From contig CM035354.1 in NCBI GenBank assembly GCA_020137815.1, positions 6,448,001-6,512,000 of the forward strand: 64,000 bases of DNA, given 5' to 3'. A model generated the notes under the pieces. The model saw only the letters and a list, made by a program, of their open reading frames with translations, had not been told where the DNA came from and made no database searches. Below, piece after piece: positions 59,257 through 64,000 of the stretch. The stretch is from Hormiphora californensis. Its lineage: Eukaryota > Animalia > Ctenophora. The position numbers and the translations under genes were made by a program. How positions within the stretch are numbered: the stretch's first letter is position 1; every line of letters begins with the position of its first letter.

Positions 59257-59767
59257 TCAAAGCTTTGATTTCATCTTTTTGAACAGAGACTCCAACTTCA
59301 TGGCCTCCATCAGATTTCCCTTGATTTTCATCTGACCAGACATGAAGGCTGCGGTAGTCTGAAGTTCGCCCTTAACCACTTTCACAAAGATGTCAGGGGT
59401 CATTTGGAAGGTTACATCTGCCGCCTCGCCGTCCCCCTGGCTTATCGAACCTGTGGGGAGGGTAGAGGTAGTTACCATGGGAGGGGTTGGGTTACTGCAC
59501 AGTTTCTATGCACACATGGTGGTGTTCATTTCCAAGATAAGAAACAAGTACTGCAGTTGGCAGCCGTGAAAATAAGAACTACACTGGTTATACTGGATTT
59601 CGCAGAGTCCTAAAAAAGAAAGTTATCCTTACCTGATTCCTTCAGATCGAAAACATAAGTCCTATCACCAAAGTCAATAGCGAAGATGATTCCAGTTTTA
59701 GCAATAACATCCTCGGTCATGAGTGGCTGGAATTTGGCCATCATTGTAGCAATCTTATCACCTCCCT
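59257..59767 (-). CDS. SCP2 sterol-carrier domain exons with PTS1 (SKL), most like the HSDL2 C-terminus; upstream exons not seen
   Basis: EDVIAKTGIIFAIDF...VFDLKES|GSISQGD.EAADVTFQM...AFMSGQMKIKGNLMEAMKLE...KSKL*. Confidence 0.82.
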
Positions 59768-59949
59768 GTAATGAAACATGTGTTAGTATCATGGGCCTGG
59801 GTACTTGAAAACTTCCACAAATCGTTAAAAATTTTCCTCATTAGTCATTACCCCGTTTTGTACAACATACACCCACAAAATTTGCGCTACCGATACTAAA
59901 AGTTACGTGGTGTTTGTGTTGTTATCAAAATACGTTGTGATTCTTGGAA

Positions 59950-60208
59950 TAAAGTCGGATTTTTTGAAACTGTCGCCCCCCTGGGTGGCGTGCGAGTTTT
60001 TATTTGCACGTCGGAAACTTGTCTTCGCTCTCACGCCTTTGTTTCTTGACCAATTTCGTCAAACCAAAGTTTTACGGACTCACAAAATTATGCTCTTTCC
60101 GATGATATGCGGTTTTTTGCCGAAAAGTGAGAGGAAGTGGGAGCTGTCATGCGCAAATACGACGCCGCGTGTGAAAAGGGGGTGACAGTTTCAAAAAATC
60201 CGACTTTA
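59950..60208. mobile_element. MITE
   Basis: TAAAGTCGGATTTTTTGAAACTGTC ... GACAGTTTCAAAAAATCCGACTTTA. Confidence 0.85.
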
Positions 60209-60454
60209 TAAGTTTCCCATCTGGTGCTTAGCACTACACAAACTATCTAGAATTTAAAGTAGTATTTAAACTCAAGACTTGAGTGTGGATAGAGCGTACA
60301 CCACAAGAACACTTAGTCTTCGCTAATGTTATTGAACAACGATCCACAGCTGTCAAGAGCACACTCTTTGAACATCTTCCTTACCCTTTGTAACAGTTAT
60401 AAACCAAGTTATTTGAAGTGTTATTTGTCAGATAAAACAGACCCAGAAAGGGAA

Positions 60455-61088
60455 ATGAGGATGCTACCAGCACTGCTCGTCCTGGTATTTCTTCACGGGA
60501 CACTGGTATCCAGTATATCGGTATTGAGCTCTATTAAGGAAGTGACAGCAAGATCCCAATTAAACGACAACAAAAAACCAGGAAACGTCATTGATAATGA
60601 TGCTGATACGATTTATTTTTCAAAACGCGATAAACAACCTGAATGGCTAAAACTAACACTTCCTGAAGGGTCGAAAGTTGAAAAAGTTGTCATCATTAAC
60701 GCGTGAGAATCTTCTAAAATTGGTATCTTTAGTGTTTTTATATCACTTCTCCCATGAACGCTTTTTAACACGCTTCCCTAACAGGTTTTCCAATGTAGAC
60801 AGGGCACAAAGAATACTCGGAACGCAGGTTTCTCTTATCGGAGCAACGACCAACACTACCTGTGGGACTATCAACTCAGTCAATTCTGATCTCGATTCCG
60901 TAGAAGCCCAGACCTACACAGTTCCCTGTCCTACAACCAAGGAACTGACCCTCGCCGTTTTTCTTTACGATGATATGATGGAGGTGTCTTTTGATAGACC
61001 TCGAAACCAAAATATCATGAATTTAGCAGAAGTGAAGGTCTACCTTACTGCACCGAGTAAAATGGCCGGTAAGATAAATTATGGGTAA
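60455..61088 (+). CDS. Secreted F-type lectin / F5-8 type C fold protein, copy 1 (3' end uncertain)
   Basis: Signal peptide; PGNVIDND...PEWLKLTL...VEKVVIIN | ...CG...TYTVPC...MNLAEVKVY; intron 60703-60784. Confidence 0.72.
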
Positions 61089-61835
61089 ATTATGGATTTT
61101 GTATGTTTTCTGCCAAAAGTGATGGGCACACTTTTGGTAAGATTAAATGGGTAAAATTTGGTTTCTGGGAGAAAATAAATCATAAATTAAACTCTGGGAG
61201 AGTCACGTGTGATTACTGATCATGAAATGTTTCATGATCAGTTGACTGGGAGTAGCAATATAATAATAACCCCTGGTCGCTTGGGGAGGGCTCTGTACAT
61301 GTGGGTCTGTTTGAGACGTTCGAATGACAGTCAAATGACAGTTTCGTCCGTGTCAGTCGTGCCAGCTTGTCCGGAGTGCTCCCCTTGGGATTATTTGGGG
61401 TGTCTTCCCCCTCCAGCTTCAGGTGTTTTTAGCGTTCCTGCCCCATTCCTTCACACATCTCCGATCCAGCGAGAATAATCATACGGACGTGCCAACAAAC
61501 CTATTATTGATAATTTAAAGAACGGACACAGCTAATCAACTCAACCCACTCCGCTTATAAAATCTTACAATAGTACAAGCACTGCTCTCTTTTTCTGGAC
61601 TCAACCTGGTAAGAACACATCTCAAGCACACATTGTCTTTCCTTCAACGATTCATTGTCTTCGGGAATGATTTAAGATTGTTCACCATGTACAACGATCC
61701 ACTGCTATCTTTATCTCGAGAACACTCTGCTCTCTTTACTATTTCTTTGCTTTACTCTTTGTCCTGTAACAGTTATACCTCAAGTTTTTCCTTTTGGATC
61801 TGTTATTTGTCAGATAAAACAGGCCCAGATAAAAA

Positions 61836-62517
61836 ATGAGGATGCTACCAGCACTGCTAGTCCTGGTATTTCTTCACGGGACACTGGTATCCAGTATATC
61901 GGTATTGAGCTCTATTAAGGAAGTGACTGCAAGATCCCAATTAAACAACAACAACAACAACAACAAACCAGGAAACGTCATTGATAATGATGCTGATACG
62001 AAGTACTTTTCAAAACGCAATAAACAACCAGAATGGCTAAAACTAACACTTTCCGAAGGATCGAAAGTTGAAAAAGTTGTCATCATTAACTGGTGAGAAT
62101 CTTCTGAAATTGGTACCCTGCGTGTTTTTATATCACTTCTCCCCACTTCTATACAGTTTCACACTGGATAATGGGCACGCTCATGAACGCTTTTTAACAA
62201 GCTTCCCTAACAGGTTTACCAATGTAGCAAGGGCACAAAGACTACTTGGAACGCAGGTCTCTCTCATCGGAGCAACGACCAACACTACCTGTGGGACTAT
62301 CAGCTCAGTCAGTTCTGATATCGATTCCGTAGAAGCCCAGACCTACACAGTTCCCTGTCCTACCACCAAGGAACTGACCCTCACCGTTTTTATTTACGAT
62401 GATGTGATGCAGGAGCCTTATGATAGATCTCTCAACCAAAATATCATGAATTTAGCAGAAGTGATGGTCTACCTTACTGCACCGAGTAAAATGGCCGGTA
62501 AGATAAATTATGGGTAA
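61836..62517 (+). CDS. Secreted F-type lectin / F5-8 type C fold protein, copy 2 (3' end uncertain)
   Basis: Near-identical paralog with an (AAC)n poly-Asn expansion; intron ~62093-62213. Confidence 0.72.
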
Positions 62518-63223
62518 ATTTTGGATTTTGTATGTTTTTTTTCTCTGCCAAAAGTGTTGGGCACACTTTTGGTAAGATGAAATGGGTAAAATTTGATGTC
62601 TGGGAGAAAATAAATCATAAACTCTGGGAGGGTCACGTGACTACTGATCACTGATTATGAAATGTTTCATGATCAGTTGACAGGGAGTAGCAATATAATA
62701 ATAACCCCTGGTCGCTCGGGGAGGGCTCTGTACATGTGGGTCTGTTTGAGACGTTCGAATGACAGTCAAATGACAGTTTCGTCCGTGTCAGGCCTGCCTG
62801 CTTGTCTGGGGTGCTCCCCTTGGGATTATTTGGGGTGCCTTTTCCCTCCAGCTTTAGGACTTTTTAGCGTTTCTGCCCCAGATTCCTTCACAAATCTCCA
62901 GCGACCAGCATCATCGGACAGATCTCTCAACGAGACTAAAGATTTCCCTGTTTTGTGTTTTTGGTGTGTTTTTGTATTTTTTGCTTGCATGGGGCTAAAT
63001 TACGGACTGTTTTCGGGATTCCTTTTTTATGTGTCTTTTTTTAACTGTTTCAATCAAATCATTCAATCATTGTCGTGTCTTCCAAAACCCCAAAAAAACT
63101 ATCCTCATTCAATCGCAGAAATTTTTTGCGCAGATAGGGGTTTCAAATATGATATTCAACAACAGGAAACATACCCAAGAGAGTTGTAATCAACAAGGCA
63201 AAAATTCTTTGCACCATTCCAAA

Positions 63224-63505
63224 TCACTTAGACATCACCCAAATTCCAAATCTTAAATTATACCAACACGTCAGTCTAACAGATAACTTATTAGAGGCTG
63301 CGAACTTTAAACCCACTCTCACTAAAGCCCCTGCTACACCTTTACCCCTCATGGCAGGAGGGACGAATGTGTGGAGCATGTCAAGTGTACTTCCCTCCCG
63401 GGAGTACTCCAGAAATGCGGGGTTACGGGTCAGAGAGGAGTCTTCGTAGATGAATTTATACTCGGAATGGGTTATTGCCTCGTCAACTTCTGTTGGTTCT
63501 GCCAT
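63224..63505 (-). pseudogene. Duplicated NATD1-like gene truncated after LTCWY
   Basis: Identity to 57573-57819 stops at 63259; new tail NLRFGIWVMSK*. Confidence 0.75.
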
Positions 63506-64000
63506 GTGACACTTCAGAGATGGGGAGAGACGCGGTACTAAATATCAAAGGGTTAGAATAACTGATAAGAGAGATCTAAAATATTAAATTGCACATTTGT
63601 TTTCAAGACCGCAATATATATTTACAAATAAATTTTCAGTACAAACAATATCAGTGACAAATAAAGAGCATAGAAACTACTAAACTACACAATACACTCA
63701 TGCCTTCGTCCTGGCCCCCAAAACACCAGGCTGTGCCTCCCTTCCATGCGGGATGACTGATGAGGGAAGATAGGGGTATCAAATAACCAATCTCAGACTG
63801 AAGCACAGTCATTCTAAGGGACTTGGTTGATCCCCAGCCTTTTCCTGTTATATTTCACCCCAGGTAGACCAGCTCCCTCGCTCTCTAAACAACAGGTTGA
63901 GCGCCCTCAATGGGTACAACCTGGGTCGCAGCAGCTCTTTTCATCTGGGCTGTTAGATCCGGATTAAGATCTCTGAACTTGGGACCCATCTGAGTGAGCA
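63259..64000. repeat. Direct segmental duplicate of 57573-~58345, running off the right edge
   Basis: Colinear match, offset about 5.69 kb, with scattered substitutions and indels. Confidence 0.93.

Overview
Intron-rich, gene-dense animal genomic DNA, not prokaryotic. It is probably ctenophore (Pleurobrachia-like); I infer this from recalled repeat families at 56120-56228 and 41004-42574, not from a search. Host genes: 5' part of POLE, neurochondrin-like, three tandem Ly6/three-finger genes, a CDKL kinase, ZC3HC1/NIPA, a PRR13-like protein, GOLPH3, two MFS-like membrane proteins, an ACP2-like lysosomal acid phosphatase, NATD1-like GNAT, a multi-pass membrane protein, orphan HSDL2-like SCP2 exons and two F-type-lectin-fold genes, plus a ~5.7 kb tandem duplication at the right end. 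Mobile DNA: one 5'-truncated RT-RNase H LINE with an intact ORF, a CRE-type endonuclease fragment and many nested non-autonomous DNA transposons. Most interesting signals: (1) co-oriented, tightly spaced gene clusters with a splice acceptor just before most ATGs, as candidate trans-spliced operons; (2) the LINE duplicated a Ly6 gene's splice acceptor; (3) a 5bp-N13-5bp palindromic module shared by unrelated MITE families; (4) an unclassified TTGGT/9-bp-TSD element family. Several conserved genes contain single-base frameshifts, so consensus errors are likely. Exon boundaries were read by eye.
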